Shown: positions 28,655-38,252, counted from the first letter of the stretch. The stretch is DNA of 53,638 nt from Syntrophobacterales bacterium (GCA_026992355.1 JALXAE010000178.1:1-53638), one strand, 5' to 3'. The notes: generated by a model not told the origin, from the sequence alone. Numbers and translations: made by a program.

Positions 28655-29328
28655 ATCTCATGCCTCAAAGCTATAGCGGGTTCCATGCGCGCAGCCATCA
28701 CACAGGGATACAAAACGCCTAAAAGCGATAGAATCACAGAAATTATAAAGGAAACCCCAACGTTTTTCAGCATACTGACTACACTTATAAAGAAAAAAAC
28801 CTTTAAGCCCAGTTTAAATGCAAGAGAAATAAGGGCCAGCATTATCCCTAAAAAAGCTCCAGCAAGACTACCCGCAGTTCCCTGATAAAGGGATTCACAA
28901 AGGAAAATTTTTACTATGAAGGTATCCAACGCTCCCAGGCACTTCATTGTTCCTATTTCCCTAAACCTTTCTGTAACAGCCATTATTTGGGCATTGGTAA
29001 TCCCAACAAGACATACCAAGATAGCTAACATCAAAAGCCATATATCTTTGGCAGAGGCCCCAAAAACTCTGTGTCCACTTGAAAGACCCAATGGCTCGTA
29101 ACCGGCCAGTATTATCTTATGTCTGAGAATGTCACTGGCATGAGGCCAAATCGCATTCAGGATATCGAATGTCATAAGTGTATAAGAAAAAAAAGTTATG
29201 GCTAGCATGAGCGACAAAGTAGTTATAGCAACTCTCGTCCAGCGGATTTTTACAGACTGCCAGGCTATGCGCAGCACTTGATGCCATGGGAGAACAATCT
29301 GACGACTCAACTTACCGTGGTCAACCAT
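28651..29328 (-). CDS. Minimal FtsX-family ABC permease (4 TM, no large extracytoplasmic domain)
   Basis: The N-terminus IAWQSVKIRWTRVAITTLSLMLAITFF is the FtsX TM1 motif. FREIGTMKCLGALDTFIVKIFLCESL...VLYPCVMAARMEPAIALRHE is the FtsX domain. Only ~45 aa separate TM1 from TM2. Confidence 0.8.
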   Translation of the reverse strand: MVDHGKLSRQIVLPWHQVLRIAWQSVKIRWTRVAITTLSLMLAITFFSYTLMTFDILNAIWPHASDILRHKIILAGYEPLGLSSGHRVFGASAKDIWLLMLAILVCLVGITNAQIMAVTERFREIGTMKCLGALDTFIVKIFLCESLYQGTAGSLAGAFLGIMLALISLAFKLGLKVFFFISVVSMLKNVGVSFIISVILSLLGVLYPCVMAARMEPAIALRHEI

Positions 29329-29334
29329 GATTCA

Positions 29335-30477
29335 TTAACTCCACCGCTTGTTGAAATAGACTTCAACTATTTCCTTTGTTCTTCTAGCTCCATCAATATT
29401 TACACCAACTTTGAAAGCTTCCTTTTTCCCTGCAAGCTCACGGACTCCTAAAGCAATCTTTCGTGGATCAAAACTATCCAGCACCTTGACAACTCCCATT
29501 TTTTCAAACCTTGTGGCCCTCAATCTCTGCTCTCTATTTTGAGAAAAAGGAAAAACTAAACCGGGAGTCCTGGTTGCCAGCAAATCCATCATTGTATTAT
29601 AACCAGCCATGCTCACAGACAAATGAGCACTAACTAATTCTTTAATAAAATCGAGAGAAAACTCTTTGACATGGACATTCGGTCTACCTTGTGCAAGATC
29701 TTTTATTCTTTTCAAATCAGGGTCAGGAATAAATATACCGGGAAATATTTCAATTCTGTATTCGTTACCTAACAGGTCAGACGCCAGTATGCTGGCTTCA
29801 AGAAGCTCAGAACCAACCCGACCCCCACCATGGCTAACAACTATTCTACGGTAATTCTCAGGAAGTGCTACACCGCCTTTTCCGGAGCATTTTCTTACAA
29901 CATAGCCAGTATACTCTACTGGAACCTTTACTTCAGCCAAGCTTCCAAAGGTTTCATCAAGAGTAATCACGCTCGGATCAGAATGGACAAGAACAAGATC
30001 AAAAAAACTGTTCAAAGTGTCTACGACTCTTCTCTCATACTTCTTTTGGTCTGATTTTTCCACCAGAATATCCCGTACGCTACAAACTACCATCGTATCA
30101 GATTTTGCTCTGGCATACTCAAGAACAGGAATTAGCTCAAACCTGAACTTCTTTCTTCCAAAAGGAAAGAGTTCTATTATAAAAATGTCTGGGTTAAAAT
30201 TAATAAATAAACTCAAAAGCTTCCTTTTTCTGCTCTGCTTTATTTTCTCAAGCAAAGATTGCTCTACCGTAAACGATTTGAACTCCCCGTCCATTTCTAG
30301 AGGCTCAAGAGAAAAAAATTTGATGTGTGTGAAAGCATCGATTTTATCCGTAATCTTTTTACCCCCTTCCACGAAAAGAACTTCATGAGGAAAAAAGGCT
30401 TTGGCTATCTCAAGACTTCTGAAAAAATGCCCTACCCCGAGAACATGCTGACAGTATTGTAAGATCTTCATAGTCAC
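29335..30477 (-). CDS. Glycosyltransferase, MurG/GT28-like fold (COG4671-type predicted glycosyltransferase)
   Basis: The N-terminus ILQYCQHVLGVGHFFRSLEIAKAF is a Gly-rich loop paralogous to ORF 33945-35156 (YSHDTYGLGHIRRTLAIAKSV). The C-terminal half contains SMAGYNTMMDL. The track start is GTG 30477; an alternative ATG is at 30471. Confidence 0.65.
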   Translation of the reverse strand: MTMKILQYCQHVLGVGHFFRSLEIAKAFFPHEVLFVEGGKKITDKIDAFTHIKFFSLEPLEMDGEFKSFTVEQSLLEKIKQSRKRKLLSLFINFNPDIFIIELFPFGRKKFRFELIPVLEYARAKSDTMVVCSVRDILVEKSDQKKYERRVVDTLNSFFDLVLVHSDPSVITLDETFGSLAEVKVPVEYTGYVVRKCSGKGGVALPENYRRIVVSHGGGRVGSELLEASILASDLLGNEYRIEIFPGIFIPDPDLKRIKDLAQGRPNVHVKEFSLDFIKELVSAHLSVSMAGYNTMMDLLATRTPGLVFPFSQNREQRLRATRFEKMGVVKVLDSFDPRKIALGVRELAGKKEAFKVGVNIDGARRTKEIVEVYFNKRWS

Positions 30478-31088
30478 TATTTTTTACAATAAAGAGCTAC
30501 CGTTCTTTTTCCGGAAACATCAGGATCCAATAGGGAAAAACCGTCATAGGAAGGAAGAATGCCAGAAAAACCGTAAACCATATAGTAACTCCCTATCTTC
30601 GCCTTATCCCTCAACATTTCGGCGTAAACGTCATGAAGTGTTATATAGGTGTAAAAAATATCAACATCTTGCATGGTGACACCCGTTTTTTCTTCTATAG
30701 TCCTATGAGTGTTCTCCGATAAGGAATCCCCAAGTAGTACGCATAAACCTGAAGGGAGAGGTAAGAGATTGTTTTGCCGGAGGAAATGCTCTATCTGTTT
30801 TTTGGAATATAGGTATTCATCGTATATAAACTCTTCAACTTCAATCCCTATCGCCCATCGGCAAAAATAAGACATCAACATGCAGACTCGCCCATCTCCA
30901 CACCCAAGATCAAGGAATATCGTGCTATCGGGAACAACTATTCTCCTGGACACAAGTTCATTTACCACATCAAATAGAATGCCTAAATCACTCGTTTTCC
31001 TGTAACCGCTATTTCCAACATGCCCCTTTTTACGTTTATCAAAATACGATGCTATTGTTTTAGCAGTCTTTAACCTTAAATCTTTCAT
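30477..31088 (-). CDS. Class I SAM-dependent methyltransferase
   Basis: Motif I is IFLDLGCGDGRV, and the size (203 aa) fits a Rossmann-type methyltransferase. Confidence 0.65.
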   Translation of the reverse strand: MKDLRLKTAKTIASYFDKRKKGHVGNSGYRKTSDLGILFDVVNELVSRRIVVPDSTIFLDLGCGDGRVCMLMSYFCRWAIGIEVEEFIYDEYLYSKKQIEHFLRQNNLLPLPSGLCVLLGDSLSENTHRTIEEKTGVTMQDVDIFYTYITLHDVYAEMLRDKAKIGSYYMVYGFSGILPSYDGFSLLDPDVSGKRTVALYCKK

Positions 31089-31590
31089 GATGAAGCTTTT
31101 CTAAAAATTTCAAAATCTTCTCATGTAATAAAAATGTCAAATGAATTTCTTCGCCATACACCGACTGAAGCTTGATAACTTTTGCCTGACCTAAATGCTT
31201 ATACAATCGTTCACAAAGATAATTGACGCATATCGTATGTCTCAGCCCCAAGACACACCCTCTCTCTCCAAGAAAATAGCAACCTGACGGGTCAAAGCGA
31301 TTTCCTGGTAATTTAACACCCAAGAGTAAATTGGCCAAAAGTATTGCTACATCATAATAGTTTTCTATTCCCTTTCCACAGCAGCTACCACCTTCCTCTG
31401 TGTCACACTTCATGCACACACTATCAATTCCAAATTCACGGGATATTTGCTGGCTTCTTTCTGCGGCATCAATTGCCCTTAATAGAAGGTCTCCTGCAAA
31501 ATTTTTTAATTCATCTTCATGGAGCATAAAAATGTTTTCCGCTGACTTTATCGCCTCTTCAATGTAGTTTGTAGACAAATCAGAAGACAT
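31060..31590 (-). CDS. Cysteine-cluster protein (YkgJ/UPF0153-like putative Fe-S or Zn domain)
   Basis: CMKCDTEEGGSCCGKG (CxxC...CC) plus CYFLGERGC...CVNYLC. Function unknown. Confidence 0.5.
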   Translation of the reverse strand: MSSDLSTNYIEEAIKSAENIFMLHEDELKNFAGDLLLRAIDAAERSQQISREFGIDSVCMKCDTEEGGSCCGKGIENYYDVAILLANLLLGVKLPGNRFDPSGCYFLGERGCVLGLRHTICVNYLCERLYKHLGQAKVIKLQSVYGEEIHLTFLLHEKILKFLEKLHHERFKVKDC

Positions 31591-32705
31591 CAGTTTTTCA
31601 CCATTTCCTCAATATAGCTCACCAATACTCCCAAATTTTTATGGGCATTGCGTCTATTTTCAACGTACTCCCTAGCTCTGTTTCCCATTTCGCGCATCAT
31701 ATCGTACTGCCGACACAAACGTGCTACAGCTTCGGCGTAGGCTACAACATTTCTTGATTTCACGAGTATCCCCGTTTTACCATCCTCTATAACCTGCTTT
31801 ACGCCTGGACCTTCCAGAGCAACAACAGGAATGCCACAAGACTGAGCTTCCAAGTACACCATCCCAAGGGATTCCCCTATGCCCGGAAACACGAAGAGAT
31901 CTGCTGCTGAATAATATTTGTACAAATGCCGTCGTTCCACTTCTCCTATAAAAATTACGCTACTACCCAGAAGTCTCGTTGCAATCTGCCTAACCTTGAA
32001 TTCCAAAGGACCCGACCCTATTATCATCAGCTTAAAGGGAAACTCCTTTTTGATAAGACTCAGAGACTGAAGTAGGAATTGCATGCTTACCCATTTGACA
32101 TCCCGTCTGAACCTCGCAACTGTAATCAACACTAAATCTTCTGGGGCTATATTGACTTTCGAGCGAATTACTTCTCTCCATTTAGCGCTAAATCTAAAAT
32201 GCTCAGGATAAATACCCGGAGGGATATACATTACCTTCTCTTTAGGAACTATTCTTAAAAGGTCATTAATGTCACAATAGTTGTTTAGAAAAATCATGTC
32301 AGCCTTTTTCAGTGCAATGGTGTTCAACAAATAACCAAGCTTTGTTTTAGCCCTTTTTTTCCTTTTGGTGCTGTACATGGTTTGAAACATAACAAACTTT
32401 ATATTGCCCACATATTGGGATATCCACCACCCCAAAATATCTGGCGATTTATAATAAGAATGATAGGTCAACCATATATCAGGTCGAAAATCACGAAAAA
32501 TTTTTAAAGCATTAACAGAAGCTACTGGAAGTTGCAATAGCTTACGCCCATCAAGCCAGAACCATCGGGATCTAAATGAAGACATTTCCCGACATTTGTG
32601 ACCTTTTATCGAAAATGCAGTAATTAATTGTTCCGAAATAGTTCTGTCACCGGAAGGCGTTTGATAGACTAGGGGCTTATTAGGAAGGTAGTAACCAACT
32701 TTCAT
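31590..32705 (-). CDS. Glycosyltransferase family 4 (GT-B, group 1)
   Basis: C-terminal GT1 motif: FVFPGIGESLGMVYLEAQSCGIPVVALEGPGVKQVIEDGKTGILV. Confidence 0.8.
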   Translation of the reverse strand: MKVGYYLPNKPLVYQTPSGDRTISEQLITAFSIKGHKCREMSSFRSRWFWLDGRKLLQLPVASVNALKIFRDFRPDIWLTYHSYYKSPDILGWWISQYVGNIKFVMFQTMYSTKRKKRAKTKLGYLLNTIALKKADMIFLNNYCDINDLLRIVPKEKVMYIPPGIYPEHFRFSAKWREVIRSKVNIAPEDLVLITVARFRRDVKWVSMQFLLQSLSLIKKEFPFKLMIIGSGPLEFKVRQIATRLLGSSVIFIGEVERRHLYKYYSAADLFVFPGIGESLGMVYLEAQSCGIPVVALEGPGVKQVIEDGKTGILVKSRNVVAYAEAVARLCRQYDMMREMGNRAREYVENRRNAHKNLGVLVSYIEEMVKN

Positions 32706-33955
32706 GAAAGCTGTATAGCATTTTGCATAATAGTATATAGCCTATCCGCCCAAATTCGCCTGTCAAATGAATCTTCCACTTTCTGCCTTGCACGGACAAT
32801 TAGTGAACGGACGCTTGAATCACTTACGTTTGACAACACTCTTTGAATGGAGTTTGCAAGAAGTAAGGGCTCTTCAGGAGGTACAAGAAACCCTGTTTTC
32901 TCATTTTCGACAGCCTCTGGAATTGCAGAAACTGTTGTGGAAACAACCGGGATTCCAACAGCCATTGCTTCCAGTATTACATTCGGAAGGCCATCTCTGT
33001 CACCATTTTTTGCAATCTTACAGGCAAGAACAAAGCAATGGGAAGTTCTGTAGAGCTTAATAACTTCATCTTGTGTAAGGGTACCCAGAAATTTCGTCTG
33101 GTTACTTAAACCAAGGACATGACTCATTTTTAATATTCGCAAACTGTCTTCTCCATCACCTGCGTGTAAAAATTCAAAATCAAGCCCTCGATTTTTTAAT
33201 ATCTTTAACGCCTTCAATAAAATATCATATCCTTTTTTTTCAACAAGCCGCCCCACGGACAAGATACGATAAGGGGGAGCAGGCGGAAAAGAGGCTTCAT
33301 TAAATCTAAACATCGAAAGATCTATGCCATGATAAACAACATGAATTGGAGTCCTAATGCTACCGGCAACTTTCGAAAGGTATCTTTTATTGTATTTCGT
33401 ACATGTTACGACAAACTTCGCTCGTCTTATCTTTCGCCTGAGCTGAGGAACCTCAGATGTGTAAATATCTTTTGCGTGAGCAGTAAAACTAAAGGGAATC
33501 TTCATCAAATCGGCGGCAAACAGAGCAACAGACGTAGGAGTATGACAGAAGTGAGCATGAATGTGGATAATTGGTCTGTTAAGGAGCCTTTTCTGGCAAA
33601 TAAAACCGGCCTGCAAAAAGTGCCGTAAGGTTGCTCCTGTTCGCCTTTCAATAGCTCTTATGGAGGCCTGCAAACCAACGTTCAAAAATCTGAAAGGAAT
33701 TTTAAGGAAAAGCTTTCCATTTGCATAAAGTAGATCCTTTCCAGCGGAATGTACATATTCGGGTACATAGAGCACAGGAGCTTTAATATCTTTTACAAAG
33801 CTATGGGCAAAGCTTTCTCTTGGTTTCCTAAGTGAATAAATCTCTAAAGGAATTCCTTTCTTTTCTAATTCTAATATCTCTCCACTGATGAAAGTTTCGG
33901 AAATTCTGGGATATCCCTTGAGGAGCATTCCCAGTCTGGGAAAATTAGCATTCAA
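32702..33955 (-). CDS. Glycosyltransferase family 4 (WcaL-like, GT-B group 1)
   Basis: GT1 motif: FVLACKIAKNGDRDGLPNVILEAMAVGIPVVSTTVSAIPEAVENEKTGFLV. It is linked to the next gene by an ATGA overlap. Confidence 0.8.
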   Translation of the reverse strand: MNANFPRLGMLLKGYPRISETFISGEILELEKKGIPLEIYSLRKPRESFAHSFVKDIKAPVLYVPEYVHSAGKDLLYANGKLFLKIPFRFLNVGLQASIRAIERRTGATLRHFLQAGFICQKRLLNRPIIHIHAHFCHTPTSVALFAADLMKIPFSFTAHAKDIYTSEVPQLRRKIRRAKFVVTCTKYNKRYLSKVAGSIRTPIHVVYHGIDLSMFRFNEASFPPAPPYRILSVGRLVEKKGYDILLKALKILKNRGLDFEFLHAGDGEDSLRILKMSHVLGLSNQTKFLGTLTQDEVIKLYRTSHCFVLACKIAKNGDRDGLPNVILEAMAVGIPVVSTTVSAIPEAVENEKTGFLVPPEEPLLLANSIQRVLSNVSDSSVRSLIVRARQKVEDSFDRRIWADRLYTIMQNAIQLS

Positions 33956-35156
33956 CTTGAGCCTCCCTATGTCCTAAAACCAAGCGTTCTCGTATGATCT
34001 CAAAAGCCGTAAAAGGAAAATCCTCCATAAGTCGAGCTTTAAACCTTCTTTCTTCAAGCATCCTCAAAAGAACCTTCCTTAAAACCATGGGCGACAATTC
34101 ATCTGGCCTAATAAATTCGCAGAAACCAAGCCTTGCAAGAATCTGAGCCCGGATGAGCTGTTCTTTCCGCGGGACTGTTCTTGGTACAATGATACAGGGT
34201 TTCCTTTGAGAAAATATTTCACAAACAGTGTTATAGCCACCCATACTTATCACAACATCCGACAAGCCTATTACCGCTTCCATCAACCTGTGAAAACGAA
34301 TGGTTATCCATCCGAGCCTGGATGCTCTCCTCTCTATCTCCGCAAACTTCGCCGTTCCTAAAAAGGGTCCCGTGACTAAAAGAGCGATAAAATGCGCCCC
34401 CGCATCCTGCTCGGATTCAAAGGCCTTTAAAAAAGTATTGATTATTGGATAACCGTCTCCTCCACCTCCAGTGGTTACAAGCACAATTGGCTTTTGGGTA
34501 TTTATGCCAATTTCTCTCCTGACCTTAGCTATGTCATTCCTGGTAGGAACATATCTAGGTATATAACCGGTAAAATAAACCTTTTGGGATATGTCATCCG
34601 AGATTTTGTATTCTTTGATTGGATCATAGTATTCCCTGACACCGTACACCCAGATCTCATCATACAGTTCCCTCATAGCGCCATAGACATCTTTATCTCT
34701 CCATTCCCTTATGGTTTCCTCCGCATCATCCATAATATCTCTAAGTCCCAATACTGTCTTACACGACTTTAAGCATCTCTTAATCCACCCAAGAGTCTGA
34801 ACTACTTCCTTTTTGAGACCTAGCGGGGCTTTATCAACCACAAAATAATCTGGCAAAAAAGATCTTGCAGTAGCAAGGATTATGGCTTCTCTTATTTTTA
34901 GAACCTGAGTTGCATCCAGTTTCATCGATAGAGGAAGGTATTCCTCATTGGTTATCTTTATCATGCCAGGAATACGAACGAAATCTACATTTTGAGGAAT
35001 AGCAAAGCGTCCAACAAGGGGAGAGCCTGTTAGTATAAGTATGTTCGCCGGTATAGAACGTACACTCTTTGCTATCGCAAGAGTGCGTCGAATGTGGCCC
35101 AGGCCATAGGTGTCATGAGAATACATTAAAATTTTTAAAGGCCTTCCAACTCCCAA
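33945..35156 (-). CDS. Glycosyltransferase, MurG/GT28-like fold (COG4671-type), paralogue of 29335-30477
   Basis: KILMYSHDTYGLGHIRRTLAIAKSV at the N-terminus, and SMGGYNTVCEI in the C-terminal half. TTG start at 35156 with GGAG 8 nt upstream. Confidence 0.65.
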   Translation of the reverse strand: MGVGRPLKILMYSHDTYGLGHIRRTLAIAKSVRSIPANILILTGSPLVGRFAIPQNVDFVRIPGMIKITNEEYLPLSMKLDATQVLKIREAIILATARSFLPDYFVVDKAPLGLKKEVVQTLGWIKRCLKSCKTVLGLRDIMDDAEETIREWRDKDVYGAMRELYDEIWVYGVREYYDPIKEYKISDDISQKVYFTGYIPRYVPTRNDIAKVRREIGINTQKPIVLVTTGGGGDGYPIINTFLKAFESEQDAGAHFIALLVTGPFLGTAKFAEIERRASRLGWITIRFHRLMEAVIGLSDVVISMGGYNTVCEIFSQRKPCIIVPRTVPRKEQLIRAQILARLGFCEFIRPDELSPMVLRKVLLRMLEERRFKARLMEDFPFTAFEIIRERLVLGHREAQVEC

Positions 35157-35173
35157 ATTGTATTACTCCGGCA

Positions 35174-36031
35174 TTAAACATCCTTATCCAACATGGACAA
35201 GATTAAATCCTTGCGTTCCGGACGCAGAGACAGAATTTTCCTTGCCTCTTCGGGGCTAGCAATTTCTCGTCCTATCTCTTTGGCTATTTTTACTACCTTT
35301 TCCACTAGAGCCGGATTAGATGCAAGGGAACCATCGGGCATATAAAGATTATCTTCCAGGCCTACTCGAACATGCCCGCCCATGACAATTGCCGCAACAG
35401 CCATGGGTATCTCCATCCTTCCTATTCCGGCAACAGACCATGTTGAGCCTGGGGGAATAAGATCGACCAGAAACTGTAAATGTTTTACAGAAGCAGGCAT
35501 GGACCCGGGAGCACCAAGAACAAAGTCAAAGTGAAAAGGCGGATGAATCCACCCTTTTTTGTGTAAATACATGGCATTATTTATCATGCCCGCCTCAAAG
35601 ACTTCAATTTCTGGTTTAACACCTGTTTCGTTAAAGACCTTTGCGAGATATTCAAGAAACTGAGGGGGATTCTCATAAACTATACCGGGAAGATTGTTAG
35701 AACCAGTGGTAAAAGATCCCATTTCAGGACATAGTCTTATAGGTTTGGCCCTGGCTTCCCAGTCCCTTCCAGCACGCCCTCCAGTAGACAGCTGAATGAT
35801 AATCTCTGGAGCCACTTCTTTTATCTTGCGAACATTTTCCTTGAATACATTTATATCAAGAGTTGGTTTCTGTTCCTTATCGCGTGCATGAACATGGAAC
35901 ATCACAGCTCCAGCATCTGCACAGCGTCTTACATCCCTTGCTATCTCATCTGGAGTAACTGGAAGATTGGGGTTCATCTCCTTTGTGGGGACATTCCCCG
36001 TAAGTGCCACTGTAATTACGAGCTTGTCCAT
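35174..36031 (-). CDS. Beta-keto acid cleavage enzyme (BKACE / 3-keto-5-aminohexanoate cleavage enzyme family, DUF849)
   Basis: MDKLVITVALTGNVPTKEMNPNLPVTPDEIARDVRRCADAGAVMFHVHARD is the family N-terminus. ATG 36031 has GAGGAG 4 nt upstream; the track start at 36043 is a TTG. Confidence 0.8.
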   Translation of the reverse strand: MDKLVITVALTGNVPTKEMNPNLPVTPDEIARDVRRCADAGAVMFHVHARDKEQKPTLDINVFKENVRKIKEVAPEIIIQLSTGGRAGRDWEARAKPIRLCPEMGSFTTGSNNLPGIVYENPPQFLEYLAKVFNETGVKPEIEVFEAGMINNAMYLHKKGWIHPPFHFDFVLGAPGSMPASVKHLQFLVDLIPPGSTWSVAGIGRMEIPMAVAAIVMGGHVRVGLEDNLYMPDGSLASNPALVEKVVKIAKEIGREIASPEEARKILSLRPERKDLILSMLDKDV

Positions 36032-36054
36032 AAAACTCCTCAACCACTTTTTAA

Positions 36055-38127
36055 TTAAACATTAGCTCCTCTGCCTGCCCTAAATCTTTGCCAAAGGAAA
36101 ATTCCTCCCCATAATGCTAATCCAGGTATATAAACGAAATATCTCTTATCGTAGGGAATGCCAATCCATTTACTGATCAGTTCAGGCCTCATCATGGTCA
36201 ATGTAACAGCAAGCAACAGTGGAACTTCGTACCACTTGTTTTTCGTTGTGAACCAACCCTGAGTGGCAGAGGCAAAGGCAAAGTTCCCCACACAGGCCAT
36301 GGCAAACACTAGTAGTCCCTGAGGCCAACTGTTTATGTTGTGAAGGATCAAATCATGATTAAAGATAAACATAAAGGGCAGAATTGCCGTTCTCATATCG
36401 TATGTAAATCCCTGCAAACCAGTGGGAATTGGTTCCGAATTTGCGATTGCTGAAGCAGCATAGGCAGCAAGACCAACAGGTGGAGTATCGTCAGCAAGAA
36501 TACCAAAATAAAAGCAAAAAAGGTGAGCCGCCATAGGCGGAACATTAAACCCATTCAAGGCTCCTACATGGACTATTGCTGGAGCCGTAAGAGACGCCAT
36601 AACAATATAGGTAGCTGTGGTCGGAAGTCCCATACCAAGAAGGAGCGATGCAATGGCGGTTATTATTAGCATAAGATAGATATTCCCTCGGGAGAGCGCT
36701 GCCACGATGTCTGTAATAAGGCCTCCAAGCCCCATGGTTACCACGCCGACTATGATACCTGCGGCTGCTGTGGCTATTGCAACCGTAACCATGTTTCTGC
36801 CACCGGCAACCATACTTTCAACGAGTAATTTCCCTGCCTGTTTCAAATGAGTACTAACAGGTTCCTTGTTACTCCTTGCTAATATAAAGGCTCTCACAAT
36901 AACGACGGCAACAAGAATTATAATGGCTCTGAAGGCCGCCAGCTCCGGAGAATGTCTGGGTATTATAAGCTCATATACTAAAACGCCTAAAGGTATCAAA
37001 AAATGAAGCCCGCTTTTCAGGGTGGCGAAAAACTTTGGCAATTGATCTCTAGGAAGCCCTTTTAATCCAAGTTTCGATGCCTCAACGTGTACAATCCAGA
37101 AAAGAGCCGCATAAGATGCAAAAGCAGGGATAGCTGCAGCTTTTATAACATCCACATAGGCCACACTTAAATATTCCGCAATAATAAAAGCAGCGGCTCC
37201 CATAATAGGTGGAGCAAGCTGACCATCTGTACTGGCCGCAACTTCAATAGCAGCTGCCTTTTTCGGGGGATACCCGACACTCTTCATGAGAGGAATCGTA
37301 AAGGTCCCTGTAGTAACTATGTTGGCAACGCTGGAGCCAGACACTGCTCCGGTAAGAGCACTACCCACAATAGCCGCTTTGGCCGGCCCTCCTTTGAATC
37401 CTCCAAGTAAACTAATAGCAAGTTGAATGAAGTACTTACCAGCTCCAGCCCTCTCAAGCATCGCACCAAAGAAGACAAAGTAAAAAACTATGCTGGCTGA
37501 TACATCAAGAGGAATACCGTAAATACCTTCAGTGGACAAACTTATCTGGGTCACATATCTGTTTAAAGATGTTCCTTTAAAGGCTATAAAACTGGGCATA
37601 TACGGACCAAGAAAGCAGTAAGCACTGAACACCAGAGCTATGGCAGGAAGAGCCGGACCAATCGATCTTCTGGCGGCTTCGAGCAGGGTTATGACGAGAG
37701 CTGTACCCAGAACAAGGTCTAGAGTGTTAGGCATACCCATTCGAGCTGAAATGCCCTCATAATCCACAGCAATGTAAAGAGCAGCAACAATAGCAACAAG
37801 ACCAACAATCCAATCAATTAAGGGTATTTTGTCTGTTGGAGATATAAACCTGCGAAGACCCCTGTCAGAACTTTTTCTAAGTGCTGGGTAGCCCCAGAAG
37901 GTAATAGCCATAGCAAAGGCGAGGTGTATAGACCGTACATAAGTGCTTTCTAAGAGTAACCAGCTGGCGATGGACATTTGGAATAAACACCAGCATACTG
38001 CTATTGCAGGAACAACATATTTTGTTGGGCCTGAAACTGAACGAAACCTACCGCTTTCCTCCTGAGCTATCTGTTTGGCTCGCTCAATACCGTTCTTATC
38101 GGCTCCCATGTTGTCGGATGTAAGCAT
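36055..38127 (-). CDS. TRAP transporter fused 4TM/12TM permease (TAXI-type)
   Basis: 690-aa polytopic protein with DctM-like segments (GIPLDVSASIVFYFVFFGAMLERAGAGKYF, GSSVANIVTTGTFTIPLMK). It is adjacent to a TAXI solute-binding protein gene. Confidence 0.85.
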   Translation of the reverse strand: MLTSDNMGADKNGIERAKQIAQEESGRFRSVSGPTKYVVPAIAVCWCLFQMSIASWLLLESTYVRSIHLAFAMAITFWGYPALRKSSDRGLRRFISPTDKIPLIDWIVGLVAIVAALYIAVDYEGISARMGMPNTLDLVLGTALVITLLEAARRSIGPALPAIALVFSAYCFLGPYMPSFIAFKGTSLNRYVTQISLSTEGIYGIPLDVSASIVFYFVFFGAMLERAGAGKYFIQLAISLLGGFKGGPAKAAIVGSALTGAVSGSSVANIVTTGTFTIPLMKSVGYPPKKAAAIEVAASTDGQLAPPIMGAAAFIIAEYLSVAYVDVIKAAAIPAFASYAALFWIVHVEASKLGLKGLPRDQLPKFFATLKSGLHFLIPLGVLVYELIIPRHSPELAAFRAIIILVAVVIVRAFILARSNKEPVSTHLKQAGKLLVESMVAGGRNMVTVAIATAAAGIIVGVVTMGLGGLITDIVAALSRGNIYLMLIITAIASLLLGMGLPTTATYIVMASLTAPAIVHVGALNGFNVPPMAAHLFCFYFGILADDTPPVGLAAYAASAIANSEPIPTGLQGFTYDMRTAILPFMFIFNHDLILHNINSWPQGLLVFAMACVGNFAFASATQGWFTTKNKWYEVPLLLAVTLTMMRPELISKWIGIPYDKRYFVYIPGLALWGGIFLWQRFRAGRGANV

Positions 38128-38224
38128 TATGCAATCCTCCGGAGCAGAATTCTGGAGACTGACAAACTGCTTTTAAATTCTTCGTATCGGTATTACCAAC
38201 TGCCACAATTGCCGAACATAATTC

Positions 38225-38252
38225 GGGGCGTACACCAAGCAATGCACGCCCC
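38225..38252 (-). other. Intercistronic stem-loop between the TRAP solute-binding and permease genes
   Basis: GGGGCGT-(14 nt)-ACGCCCC, a 7-bp GC-rich stem within the 209-nt gap. No clear U-tract, so it may be an mRNA-stability element. Confidence 0.35.
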
